The notes under the pieces: generated by a model
What the model was told of the DNA's origin: nothing
Seen by the model: only the letters and a program-made list of their open reading frames with translations
The model's database searches: none
Source of the DNA: a virus
Taxonomy: Duplodnaviria > Caudoviricetes
Reading direction: 5' to 3' (one strand)
DNA length: 64,000 nt
IMG/VR virus record: IMGVR_UViG_3300031555_004349
Coordinates: 32,001-96,000 of that record
Program-made: the position numbers and the translations under genes
Shown here: positions 50,016 through 58,659 of the stretch, piece by piece
Layout: each line of letters starts with the position of its first letter
How positions within the stretch are numbered: position 1 is the stretch's first letter

Positions 50016-50672
50016 TTAATCAGTTAATTTCTCTAAATCTTTATTAACACCTTTAATATAATTTGTAGTAATAGAATTATAAATAGTTCCTTTAGTAACC
50101 GCGCGAGGTGGTAATTCCATTGAAAAACTTTTTAATTCTTCTCTTGTATATTTACTTGGTAAATCATTTTTTAATAAATAATCATTTAATATTTCTTGAC
50201 TTCTGTCGCTCATATTAATATTTAAAGCTTTAATTTCATCTTCATATTTGTAATAATCTAAAATTTTATTTAAAAATTCTCTACTATAATCTTTAAAAAT
50301 TTCTATATTTCCATTAATTTTCTTTTCAATTGCTTTTTCACTAAAAAGGGTATCTGTGTTTATTATTGCAAATTCATTTGTTGTTAAAATAGAATTTACA
50401 ACTTTTAAAATAAAATCAAAATCATTGGCAAAATAAAAAATATTTTCACCTATAATAGCATCATTATAATCACCAGCATACCATAAATCAGCATTTATTC
50501 TTTTTTCATTTGCTTGAAACAATTTTAAAAAAGCAATATCCTCTAAAGTATTATTATTATAAAAAATAATTTTTTTACATTTTATTTTTCTAATAATACT
50601 ATTTAATGCCTTAATTATATGATTAATTTCTTGTTCTATTGGCATATAATTTATATCATTTCGTATTAGCAT
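50016..50672 (-). CDS. Hypothetical protein
   Basis: Likely start MLIRND; weak NadE-like N-terminal pattern without catalytic motifs. Confidence 0.5.
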   Translation of the reverse strand: MLIRNDINYMPIEQEINHIIKALNSIIRKIKCKKIIFYNNNTLEDIAFLKLFQANEKRINADLWYAGDYNDAIIGENIFYFANDFDFILKVVNSILTTNEFAIINTDTLFSEKAIEKKINGNIEIFKDYSREFLNKILDYYKYEDEIKALNINMSDRSQEILNDYLLKNDLPSKYTREELKSFSMELPPRAVTKGTIYNSITTNYIKGVNKDLEKLTD

Positions 50673-50796
50673 TTCTTCCCTCTTTTCTTTCTTCAATTTT
50701 GTGTAGTATTCCTACGATAATTCCTAACCATACAGGTGATAAACATAAGACAATCATAGCTATTATCATATAATTTTCAATAAACCATTCTTTCAT
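50656..50796 (-). CDS. Small single-TM protein (46 aa), absent from the ORF track
   Basis: AAGGAG RBS and promoter upstream; MKEWFIENYMIIAMIVLCLSPVWLGIIVGILHKIEERKEGRNANTK*. Confidence 0.6.
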   Translation of the reverse strand: MKEWFIENYMIIAMIVLCLSPVWLGIIVGILHKIEERKEGRNANTK

Positions 50797-50827
50797 ATGC
50801 AAAACTCCTTATATTTAGTTTGATTTA

Positions 50828-50856
50828 AGTATAACATAATTTATTTCAATTTTCAA
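50828..50856 (-). promoter_or_regulatory. Leftward promoter of a divergent pair
   Basis: TTGAAA-N17-TATACT with extended TG. Confidence 0.6.
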
Positions 50857-50962
50857 GTTTTGCAATTTAATTATTTTTTCTTCCTTTTAAATAAACGCGC
50901 GTACGCACCTGCGCGAATATCATAAATAATAATAAAAGTCAAATTTATACTTTTGACGAGGT

Positions 50963-50991
50963 TTGACTTTTAATTCGGCGCTTGTTATAAT
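50963..50991 (+). promoter_or_regulatory. Rightward promoter of a divergent pair
   Basis: TTGACT-N17-TATAAT with extended TG. Confidence 0.72.
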
Positions 50992-51020
50992 TAAATTAAT
51001 ATTTTAAAAAGGAGTTTTAT

Positions 51021-51194
51021 ATGACAAATTGTTGTAGAAAATGTATGAAAATTTTTTGTGAAAATAGAGATAATATTGAAGACTGTCCTGACTGTGTTTC
51101 GGAAGTTTATTTAATGTTACAAAAATTAATGAAATTGGAGGGAAATAATGTCAACAAAAATAATTTTGGGAAAGCAAGCAAAAAACTTTTTTAA
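51021..51194 (+). CDS. Small Cys-rich protein (57 aa), absent from the ORF track
   Basis: AAGGAG RBS; MTNCCRKCMKIFCENRDNIEDCPDC... Confidence 0.55.
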   Translation: MTNCCRKCMKIFCENRDNIEDCPDCVSEVYLMLQKLMKLEGNNVNKNNFGKASKKLF

Positions 51195-51432
51195 AATAGC
51201 AGGAGAATTAGAAATTGATAAAATTATTATTGATGATAGAGATTTATCTGCAACTGCAATACTTTATCAAGCTTGTTTAGATATCCTAAACGATGGTAAT
51301 CTTTTAAGGCCTGTTCATAGTCATTTGTATAATAAGGACAAAAAAGAATTGCGTTTCTTTTCAAATGATGAAAATATGGAAGATTTTATAAAAAAGGAGA
51401 ATGAAAATGATACTAGAAAATCTACAAAATAA
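51148..51432 (+). CDS. Hypothetical protein
   Basis: GGAGG RBS. Confidence 0.6.
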   Translation: MSTKIILGKQAKNFFKIAGELEIDKIIIDDRDLSATAILYQACLDILNDGNLLRPVHSHLYNKDKKELRFFSNDENMEDFIKKENENDTRKSTK

Positions 51433-52639
51433 TGACCCAGAAATTTGGGCACATATTCAAAACGAACTAAAGAGACAACAAGACACAATAGAATTAATTG
51501 CATCAGAAAATATAGTAAGTAAAGCAGTTATGGAAGCAATGGGTACTGTATTAACAAATAAATATGCAGAAGGCTATCCAGGAAAAAGATACTATGGTGG
51601 ATGTGAACATATTGATAAAATAGAACAATTAGCTATTGATAGGGCAAAGAAACTTTTTGGCGCAGAGCATGCAAATGTACAACCCCATTCTGGCGCACAA
51701 GCAAATATGGCTGTTTATCAAGCATTATTACAACCAGGCGACACGGTTTTAGGAATGAGTTTACAAAATGGTGGACATTTAACTCATGGCTCACCAGTTA
51801 ATCAAAGTGGTAAATTGTATAATTTTATTCCTTATGGTGTAAATCAAGAAGGAGTTATTGATTATAATGAATTAAGAGATTTAGCTTTACAACACAAACC
51901 AAAACTTATACTTGCTGGCGCGAGTGCATATTCAAGAGAAATTAATTTCGCTTTAATAAAGACAATTTGTGATGAGGTTGGAGCATTATTTATGGTAGAT
52001 ATGGCTCATATTGCTGGATTAGTTGCTGCAGGATTACATCAATCACCTGTTCCATATGCAGATGTAGTAACAACTACAACTCATAAAACTTTAAGAGGAC
52101 CTCGTGGTGGACTTATTTTATGTAAAGAACAATGGGCAAAGAAAATTGATAGTGCGGTTTTTCCTGGAACGCAAGGTGGACCTTTAGAACATATAATAGC
52201 CGCTAAGGCAGTGTGTTTTAAAGAAGCATCAAAACCGGAGTTTAAAATCTATCAAGAACAAATCATAACTAATACAGCTGTTTTAGCTGAAACATTAGCA
52301 GCAAATGGTTTCGATTTGATTTCGAATGGTACTGATAATCATTTAATTTTACTTGATTTAAGAAATAAAAATATAACAGGCTTAGAAGCTCAAGAAAGAT
52401 TAGAAAGAATTGGAATTGCTACTAATAAAAATGCGGTTCCAAATGATACTCAACCACCAATGATTACAAGTGGTTTAAGGTTAGGTACAGCCGCAATCAC
52501 TTCAAGAGGTTTTACTGAAGAAGAGGTTAAACTAATTGGTGAAATTATAGCCGCTTGTTTAACAGGAAATAAGAAATATAGTGAAAATGATTTAAGAATA
52601 ACAACTTTAAGTTTATGTAAAGACCACCCAATTTATTAG
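51407..52639 (+). CDS. glyA: Serine hydroxymethyltransferase
   Basis: [31 protein letters not shown] motif [13 protein letters not shown]; ATG 51407 fits the RBS spacing. Confidence 0.97.
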   Translation: MILENLQNNDPEIWAHIQNELKRQQDTIELIASENIVSKAVMEAMGTVLTNKYAEGYPGKRYYGGCEHIDKIEQLAIDRAKKLFGAEHANVQPHSGAQANMAVYQALLQPGDTVLGMSLQNGGHLTHGSPVNQSGKLYNFIPYGVNQEGVIDYNELRDLALQHKPKLILAGASAYSREINFALIKTICDEVGALFMVDMAHIAGLVAAGLHQSPVPYADVVTTTTHKTLRGPRGGLILCKEQWAKKIDSAVFPGTQGGPLEHIIAAKAVCFKEASKPEFKIYQEQIITNTAVLAETLAANGFDLISNGTDNHLILLDLRNKNITGLEAQERLERIGIATNKNAVPNDTQPPMITSGLRLGTAAITSRGFTEEEVKLIGEIIAACLTGNKKYSENDLRITTLSLCKDHPIY

Positions 52640-52645
52640 AAGGAA

Positions 52646-53158
52646 GTGACTAAATTGTCCAAGAAAAATTCTAAAGCTAGAAAAAAATTAGAACAAATTT
52701 ATGGCGAAGGTTGTTTTATGGAGCGTGCAGGAATAAGAGAAGTGCACGGTTATCGTAAAGATGCACATCAAATGACTTATCACCATATGAGACATAAGTC
52801 TGAAGGAGGAAAGGCAACTGTTGAGAATGGCGCGAATTTAGCGCTTGAAAACCATCAGTTCCTTCATTCACTTCCAAGAATGGAAGAAGAAAAAATAAAT
52901 AATCAAATAAGACAATGGAAAATGAATTTTGTTACAATGAAGGGAGATGGAACTGTTGAATATTCTGGTTCAATAGATTTTCCAGATTTGACAAATGACG
53001 AAAATTGTATTATAATAGATTTACAAGATACAATTCAAGAAGAAAAAAGAGAATTGCGTCTAAGTAAGAAAAAGCAAAAGTTTAATCGTGCTAAAGTAAA
53101 AAGAGAAACACAAAAATTTATAGAAGAAGAATTATATGAAGAAGATATTGAATTATAA
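52646..53158 (+). CDS. HNH endonuclease-like protein
   Basis: TYHH...SEGGKATVENGANL...H..LH. Confidence 0.7.
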   Translation: MTKLSKKNSKARKKLEQIYGEGCFMERAGIREVHGYRKDAHQMTYHHMRHKSEGGKATVENGANLALENHQFLHSLPRMEEEKINNQIRQWKMNFVTMKGDGTVEYSGSIDFPDLTNDENCIIIDLQDTIQEEKRELRLSKKKQKFNRAKVKRETQKFIEEELYEEDIEL

Positions 53159-53184
53159 ATCTTTTGCGAGTCAAAGGAGGATTT

Positions 53185-53439
53185 ATGATTAAAAGATTAC
53201 TTATTGTTTTAATTCTTTTAGGAATTTTAACTATGGTTTTTCTTCATTCACAAAGAACGGTTGAATGTTGGTGGGGAATAATGTATCCCACGCTTTCCTA
53301 TACCACTTTCGAAGATGATGAAAGAGATACGAGAGTTTCTTCAACAGAGCCACATTATATTTATTTACCTAAAAATCAAGTTGAAGAACCTGTTAAAATC
53401 AAATTCATTTTTGTTGAATGGTTAAAAGAATTATTTTAG
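53185..53439 (+). CDS. Secreted/membrane mini-protein resembling the SpoIIR C-terminus
   Basis: Signal/TM segment, then CWWGIMYPTL and VKIKFIFVEWL, similar to SpoIIR NWWCV.FPPL...V.F...E. Confidence 0.5.
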   Translation: MIKRLLIVLILLGILTMVFLHSQRTVECWWGIMYPTLSYTTFEDDERDTRVSSTEPHYIYLPKNQVEEPVKIKFIFVEWLKELF

Positions 53440-53453
53440 AAAGGAGAATTAGT

Positions 53454-54002
53454 ATGAGTAAAGTTTATTTTATTGCAGATACGCACTTTGGTCACGACAG
53501 AATAATTGGAATTTGTAATAGACCTTTCACTAATGTTGAGGAGATGAATACTCAATTAATTCAAAAATGGAATAATAAGGTATCTGATGAAGATACCGTC
53601 TACATATTAGGTGATTTTTGTTTTAAAATGAATAAGCAAGATGCAATTAAAGTTTTAAAACAATTAAAAGGTAAAAAAATTTTAATTAGAGGAAATCACG
53701 ACAAATATGCTGGTCAGCGTGATTTTGACAGTTGTTTTGAAAGAATTTGTGATTATACACAAATCACAGAAGAAGGACAACAAATTATTTTATGTCATTA
53801 TCCAATTATTGATTATGCAGGAATGTATTACGGCGCGAAAATGATTTATGGACATATTCATAATAAATATATTCCACATAAAGATATGTATTGTGTAAGC
53901 GTAGAATGTGTAAATTATGAACCAGTTAGTCTATTAGAAATTTTAGAAATTTATAAAAATAAAGAGGTTGAAACTCAAATTGATTGGGCTAAACCATTTT
54001 AG
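53454..54002 (+). CDS. Calcineurin-like metallophosphoesterase
   Basis: ADTHFGH, LGD, GNHD, HYP, GHIH. Confidence 0.88.
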   Translation: MSKVYFIADTHFGHDRIIGICNRPFTNVEEMNTQLIQKWNNKVSDEDTVYILGDFCFKMNKQDAIKVLKQLKGKKILIRGNHDKYAGQRDFDSCFERICDYTQITEEGQQIILCHYPIIDYAGMYYGAKMIYGHIHNKYIPHKDMYCVSVECVNYEPVSLLEILEIYKNKEVETQIDWAKPF

Positions 54003-54011
54003 GAGGATTTT

Positions 54012-54485
54012 ATGGAAGAAAACACAAATAATGAAGAAGTTATAGTTGATGAAACTAATGGACAAGAAGGAGTAAATGAGACAGCTGAGCCAGCAGATAG
54101 TTCTGTAGCTGAAAACACTTCTGTTATTAGCGATGAACCAACTGAAGAACAATTAGCTTTTCAAGCAAAAGTAGAAGCTTTAGGATTAGAAAAAGGCGAT
54201 GTTGTAGTTTTTAGAAATGGAGAAATTGGTAGAATAGATGCTACAAGTTTCGAATTAAAAGAAATGATTTATAGAATTTATGTAAAATTTGGTGTATCAA
54301 TTGCAACATTAGATGAAAATTTAGTAAGTATGAATGGCGATAAAAGATATGATGTTCAAAAGATTCTAAGCTCAGATTTTACAACTGTTAAAAAAGAAAT
54401 TGAATTTACAGAAGTAGTTTTAACAAAAGAAGAAGCAGAAGCTAAATTAAGTGAAGCAGAAGGACAAACAGTAATAATTGAATAA
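54012..54485 (+). CDS. Acidic hypothetical protein
   Basis: GGAGG RBS. Confidence 0.6.
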   Translation: MEENTNNEEVIVDETNGQEGVNETAEPADSSVAENTSVISDEPTEEQLAFQAKVEALGLEKGDVVVFRNGEIGRIDATSFELKEMIYRIYVKFGVSIATLDENLVSMNGDKRYDVQKILSSDFTTVKKEIEFTEVVLTKEEAEAKLSEAEGQTVIIE

Positions 54486-54500
54486 TAGAAAGGAGACAAT

Positions 54501-54809
54501 ATGTCAAATTCAAAAAAATTAAGTAAAGCAAAAGAAGCTGAAATTAGAGCATTTTTATACGGAGTAGCACTTCAAGGTTTTGCCAATACTCATATTGGAA
54601 CAGAACCTGTTGTTAAAGGTCGTCTAATTGAACTCGAATATGAAGGAAATACTTATTATGCAACTTTAAATATAACTTTACACAATCCTGAAAAATTTGA
54701 TGTTGAAGAAGTTAGACAAGAATATTTAACAAAGTTAGAAGCTGCTGCACAAAGAAGCGCTGAAAAAGCAGAAAGAGATAGAAAAAGAATAGAAAAATTA
54801 AGTAAATAA
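54501..54809 (+). CDS. Hypothetical protein
   Basis: AAGGAG RBS. Confidence 0.6.
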   Translation: MSNSKKLSKAKEAEIRAFLYGVALQGFANTHIGTEPVVKGRLIELEYEGNTYYATLNITLHNPEKFDVEEVRQEYLTKLEAAAQRSAEKAERDRKRIEKLSK

Positions 54810-54902
54810 GTTTGCAACGCGCGAGGATTATAAGAGGTATAATATTTATATATATGCTACACCAAACCAAGCGGTTAGATTCGCGCGACAAACTTTATAT
54901 AT

Positions 54903-55242
54903 GGGGGTATATTTGGTTTCGACCCTTATTGGAGATAAAAATAAGCAAGTAGTGGTCAGACAGGACACTTTAAAAGTCTGAAAAAAAAATAAAAGCAAAC
55001 GGTTTAATAGCTGCCTAGGCAGTAATTTAAATATATCACCTCCTTTCTCGAAGTATTAAAAGGGCAAAAGTATTTTTAATGGCTATAATAAAATACTTTC
55101 ACGGAAGAACATAGCTAATTAAATTTAAAAGATTTTGTTTATTTTTCTTTAATTTAATTTGTTACATAAAATAAACTAAACTTGTAGAAAATTTTTGTTA
55201 AAGGTAAGTGGCACAGCAGTTCGATTCTGCTTACCTCCACCA
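54903..55242 (+). ncRNA. ssrA: tmRNA; tag (A)ANGLIAA*
   Basis: 5' GGGGGTATATTTGGTTTCGAC; acceptor GGGGGTA/TACCTCC with G3-U; T arm GCAG-TTCGATT-CTGC; ACCA end; tag ORF 54995-55018. Confidence 0.92.
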
Positions 55243-55247
55243 AAGAA

Positions 55248-55312
55248 AAGGCGCACACAGCATTAAATCCGCCGAATAGGCACTAAATTTGGGATTTAGC
55301 AATTTGCGCCTT
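55248..55312 (+). ncRNA. ACAGCA-motif RNA, unit 0 (candidate Y-like RNA)
   Basis: AAGGCGCA-CACAGCA...TGCGCCTT terminal helix. Confidence 0.65.
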
Positions 55313-55324
55313 GTTTTTATAAAA

Positions 55325-55353
55325 TTGACTTTTATTTTAAAGCGTGTTATAAT
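55325..55353 (+). promoter_or_regulatory. Sigma-A-type promoter
   Basis: TTGACT-N17-TATAAT with extended TG. Confidence 0.72.
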
Positions 55354-55392
55354 AATTATAAGAAAATAAATAAAGAAAGAAGTTGATTAATT

Positions 55393-55617
55393 ATGAAACA
55401 AAGTACAACAGAAACAAGATTGTATTGCCCAAGATGTGGAATGGTTCACACGATTTTTAGAAAAACTGCAAAACAAAAGAAAGCAGGACACTATAAAAAT
55501 TTTTATTGCTATAAATGCGCACATACTCATAATCATATTGAGTTAAAAGAAAACTCTTATTCAAAAGAAGAATTAGCTCAAATGGTTGAAATAATGAAAA
55601 AAGAAAATAAATTTTAA
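55393..55617 (+). CDS. Zn-ribbon protein with ribosomal-L33-like spacing
   Basis: LYCPRCG...RK...K.FYCYKC..THNHIELK. Confidence 0.55.
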   Translation: MKQSTTETRLYCPRCGMVHTIFRKTAKQKKAGHYKNFYCYKCAHTHNHIELKENSYSKEELAQMVEIMKKENKF

Positions 55618-55619
55618 AT

Positions 55620-55710
55620 GTCAAGGTACTCAAGCTGGTGAAGAGGACGCACTGCTAACGCGTTAGGTCAGTAAAATGGCGCGTGGGTTCGAACCCCACC
55701 CTTGACGCCA
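55620..55710 (+). tRNA. tRNA-Ser(GCT)
   Basis: Acceptor GTCAAGG/CCTTGAC, G73, CCA; anticodon loop CT-GCT-AA; long variable arm. Confidence 0.92.
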
Positions 55711-55731
55711 ATTAGAAAGGTAGTGAGTAAA

Positions 55732-55926
55732 ATGGATATTGATGATGCTAAAAGAAAATTCAAGGATTGTAAAAAGTGTAAACATTTTTATGATTTAGAC
55801 TTTGATGGTTTTCATACTCTTTGTGCAGAATTACATTGTCATCTTTGTGCGGGAAACAGTGGTTGGTGCATTGATTATGAAGAAGGAGAAGCTCCAAAAG
55901 GAAAAGAAAAAGGAAGTTATAAATAG
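55732..55926 (+). CDS. Small Cys-rich protein
   Basis: Start MDIDD; the track start lies inside the tRNA. Confidence 0.55.
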   Translation: MDIDDAKRKFKDCKKCKHFYDLDFDGFHTLCAELHCHLCAGNSGWCIDYEEGEAPKGKEKGSYK

Positions 55927-55940
55927 AAAGGTGGTTAATT

Positions 55941-56150
55941 ATGCCTAAAAATATAATGAAATTTGAATTAGTAGATAATACAAGAAAAAATATATATAAT
56001 GAAAGTTGCAAAATGGAGAAAGCTTGGTATGGAGAAGAGTCAGATGGACAAATAATGAGTATAGACTCATATTATACAATGTGTAAAGAATTTGCAGCTG
56101 CAATGGGATTTTGTGAAAGCACAATAGAAGAGTGGTTTGGTGATTATTAA
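55941..56150 (+). CDS. Hypothetical protein
   Basis: RBS; coupled to the helicase start. Confidence 0.6.
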   Translation: MPKNIMKFELVDNTRKNIYNESCKMEKAWYGEESDGQIMSIDSYYTMCKEFAAAMGFCESTIEEWFGDY

Positions 56151-57274
56151 TGGATTACAATTTAACTGAAAAACAACAACAAGGATTAGACATTTGTATA
56201 AAAAGATATTTTAATGATGAACTTTATACAATAATAGCTGGTTATGCAGGTACGGGAAAATCTTATTTGGTTAACGCAATAGTTGATAAATTTGGTTTTA
56301 AAGAATATGAAATAGCATATGCTTGTTATACGGGTAAAGCCGCGCTAGTGTTACAAAAGCAAGGTAAAAATGCTATAACTTTACATAAGCTATTATATAA
56401 TTCCTATCCAAATGGTTTTGGAGGGTTTATTCATCGTCCAAAATTAAAGTTAGATTACGATTATAAATTAATCATTGTAGATGAAATTTCAATGTGTCCA
56501 AAAGAATTATGGAATTTATTAATGAAACACGGAGTATATGTAATTGGTTTGGGAGACCCATTTCAATTACCTCCAATCGGCGATGGGCTTAATTTATTAG
56601 ATAATCCTCATATATTTTTAACAGAAGTTATGCGTCAAGCGCTTGATAATGATATAATAAAATATTCTATGGAATTGCGCGAAGGTAAAGAATTAAAGCC
56701 AGGAATCAGAGGTAAAAACATACAAACTTATAGTAAAGATGAATTGACAACTGGTATGATGTTATGGGCAGACCAAATTCTTTGTGGGAAAAATACAACG
56801 AGGCGAGATTTGAATAAACAAATGAGAGAGCTACTAGGCAAAAAAGATATAATAGACGACAATGAAAAATTAATTTGTTTAAAAAATTATTGGGAATTTC
56901 CTTCTTATAAAGAAACTTTTTTAGTTAATGGTTTAATTGGTGAAGCAACTAATATAACTCTTTATAAAGGTTTAAAACGAATTAATACAGATTTTAAAAT
57001 AGAAAATAATGACTTTTTCAGAGGTTTGGTTTTAGATTATAAATTATTGGAAACAGGAAATCCTACAATTGTTAAAAATGAAAAAGGTAAAATAATACCT
57101 AGTGGAAAAATTGAAATGGATTATGGTTATGCTATTACTGTTCACAAAGCACAAGGTTCTCAATTTGATAAGGTATTAGTATACGATGAACATTTATATA
57201 ATGAAGAAAACCATAATAGATGGTTATATACAGCCATTACTCGCGCTGTAGATAAGGTGGTAGTAGTAATATGA
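56150..57274 (+). CDS. RecD/Dda-like SF1B helicase
   Basis: GYAGTGKS, VDEISM, GDPFQLPP, YAITVHKAQGSQF, LYTAITRA. Confidence 0.9.
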   Translation: MDYNLTEKQQQGLDICIKRYFNDELYTIIAGYAGTGKSYLVNAIVDKFGFKEYEIAYACYTGKAALVLQKQGKNAITLHKLLYNSYPNGFGGFIHRPKLKLDYDYKLIIVDEISMCPKELWNLLMKHGVYVIGLGDPFQLPPIGDGLNLLDNPHIFLTEVMRQALDNDIIKYSMELREGKELKPGIRGKNIQTYSKDELTTGMMLWADQILCGKNTTRRDLNKQMRELLGKKDIIDDNEKLICLKNYWEFPSYKETFLVNGLIGEATNITLYKGLKRINTDFKIENNDFFRGLVLDYKLLETGNPTIVKNEKGKIIPSGKIEMDYGYAITVHKAQGSQFDKVLVYDEHLYNEENHNRWLYTAITRAVDKVVVVI

Positions 57275-57717
57275 AAATAAATAAATATTTAAAAAAATTA
57301 GGATTAAAACAATATGATATGCCAGGATATTATGATGAAAAATTAGAAAATCATCCTCATTTGTGTGATACTCCTGGCGCGGACATAAGAAATAAAGAAG
57401 ATAAAGAAGGTTTTTGTGGGTATGAATTTTTTAATTTGGGAGATACTTTAGATTTGTATATTTATTCTAAATTATGTTGGTTTAGAGAACATTGCGCAGA
57501 TATAGTGACTCCAGGCTGTTTTTGTTCTTATCATACACAATCCGAAAAACAAAGACAAATGTCTCACAAAGCTTGGTTAAAAACATTAGATGAAATAATT
57601 GAAGGTTTTCGTATTTCAATTGTTGGTTTTACAGAAGGACAGGAAGGAATTGAAAAATTAAAAATTCAAAAAGCTCGTCACTTACTAGCAGAATTTTGGG
57701 ATTGTCTTTGGTATTAA
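57271..57717 (+). CDS. Phage hypothetical protein
   Basis: W...LDEIIEGF...LLAEFWDCLWY ending resembles a recurrent phage family. Confidence 0.6.
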   Translation: MKINKYLKKLGLKQYDMPGYYDEKLENHPHLCDTPGADIRNKEDKEGFCGYEFFNLGDTLDLYIYSKLCWFREHCADIVTPGCFCSYHTQSEKQRQMSHKAWLKTLDEIIEGFRISIVGFTEGQEGIEKLKIQKARHLLAEFWDCLWY

Positions 57718-57719
57718 AT

Positions 57720-57795
57720 GCATCCGTCGCCAAGTTGGCTAAGGCCCTGAGCTGCAACCTCAGTATCGTAGGTTCAAGTCCTACCGGGTGCTCCA
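57720..57795 (+). tRNA. tRNA-Cys(GCA)
   Basis: GCATCCG/CGGGTGC, U73, CCA; CTGAG-CT-GCA-AC-CTCAG. Confidence 0.93.
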
Positions 57796-57797
57796 AT

Positions 57798-57826
57798 TTG
57801 ACTTTTACTTTAATTTGAGTTATAAT
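57798..57826 (+). promoter_or_regulatory. Sigma-A-type promoter
   Basis: TTGACT-N17-TATAAT. Confidence 0.7.
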
Positions 57827-57847
57827 AAATTAAAGGAAGTGAGAAGA

Positions 57848-58150
57848 ATGAATGTTTTATATGTAGATGATTTAAGAATGCCTAAAGGACCTTATAGTTT
57901 TGACCATATTGCAATTGTTAGAAATTACAACGATGCTTTAAAAAAGATGGTTACAGAAAGATTTGACGCAATTGATTTAGACCACGACCTTGGTGAAGAT
58001 AAAACTGGTTATGATATAGTTAAATTTATAGTAGAAAAAGGTTTTAATTTTCAAACTATATATATTCATACTGCAAATCCAGTTGGTAGGCAAAATATGA
58101 TAGATTTATTACAAAAACATACAAGGTCAAGAATTGTAGTTTATTTTTAA
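57848..58150 (+). CDS. Cyclic-phosphate-processing receiver (cREC) domain protein
   Basis: LYVDDLR.P...DLDHDLG...TGYD...IHTANPVG..NM; real start MNVLY. Confidence 0.75.
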   Translation: MNVLYVDDLRMPKGPYSFDHIAIVRNYNDALKKMVTERFDAIDLDHDLGEDKTGYDIVKFIVEKGFNFQTIYIHTANPVGRQNMIDLLQKHTRSRIVVYF

Positions 58151-58154
58151 AAAG

Positions 58155-58183
58155 TTGATTTTAAATTAAATTTATAGTATAAT
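58155..58183 (+). promoter_or_regulatory. Sigma-A-type promoter upstream of the RNA array and vWA gene
   Basis: TTGATT-N17-TATAAT, about 18 nt before unit 1. Confidence 0.72.
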
Positions 58184-58201
58184 TAAATTAATAAATAAAT
58201 A

Positions 58202-58342
58202 GGGCTCACACAGCAAAGTATTTTATCTTATTAGGTAAAAGAAGAATTTTGTAAGTTACATTTACAAAATATCCAAAAATGTGCTACTTTTGTAGCTCCA
58301 AATGGATTTAATGTGTTGTTTGCTTCAAGGTGCGGCGAGCCC
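58202..58342 (+). ncRNA. ACAGCA-motif RNA, unit 1
   Basis: GGGCTC-ACACAGCAA...GAGCCC; several internal hairpins. Confidence 0.65.
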
Positions 58343-58376
58343 AGTAAAATGCCAAAATCCTTGAAAACAATACATA

Positions 58377-58529
58377 AGGGACACACAGCAAATTAACTTC
58401 GGTTAAAACAATTAATAGTCTTTAAGACTATAGGAAGCAGTAAAATGAGGCATAGAACAGTAAATTTGCATTGCGCAGGTTTACTATGTATCTGAGCCGA
58501 GACTGTTGCGAGTACTGGTTAATGTCCCT
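58377..58529 (+). ncRNA. ACAGCA-motif RNA, unit 2
   Basis: AGGGACA-CACAGCAA...TGTCCCT; internal cUUCGg tetraloop and a long hairpin. Confidence 0.68.
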
Positions 58530-58581
58530 AGTCGTTATATTGACAAGTACTCTATACACAGTTTTAATTAAGTTTATAATT

Positions 58582-58651
58582 TGTGGACATACAGCAATTT
58601 TATAATATTTTGGTTCTGATTTACAATCTGAAAAATAAATATTAGTCCGCA
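58582..58651 (+). ncRNA. ACAGCA-motif RNA, unit 3
   Basis: TGTGGAC-ATACAGCAA...GTCCGCA. Confidence 0.65.
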
Positions 58652-58659
58652 GTTTTAGA

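Noticed and set aside
50016-50672. NAD synthetase (NadE) call
   Set aside because: Only a vague N-terminal resemblance; the SGGxDS motif is absent.
55211-55219. GCACAGCAG inside the tmRNA 3' end as a sixth ACAGCA unit
   Set aside because: It is part of the tmRNA T-stem and has no enclosing terminal helix.
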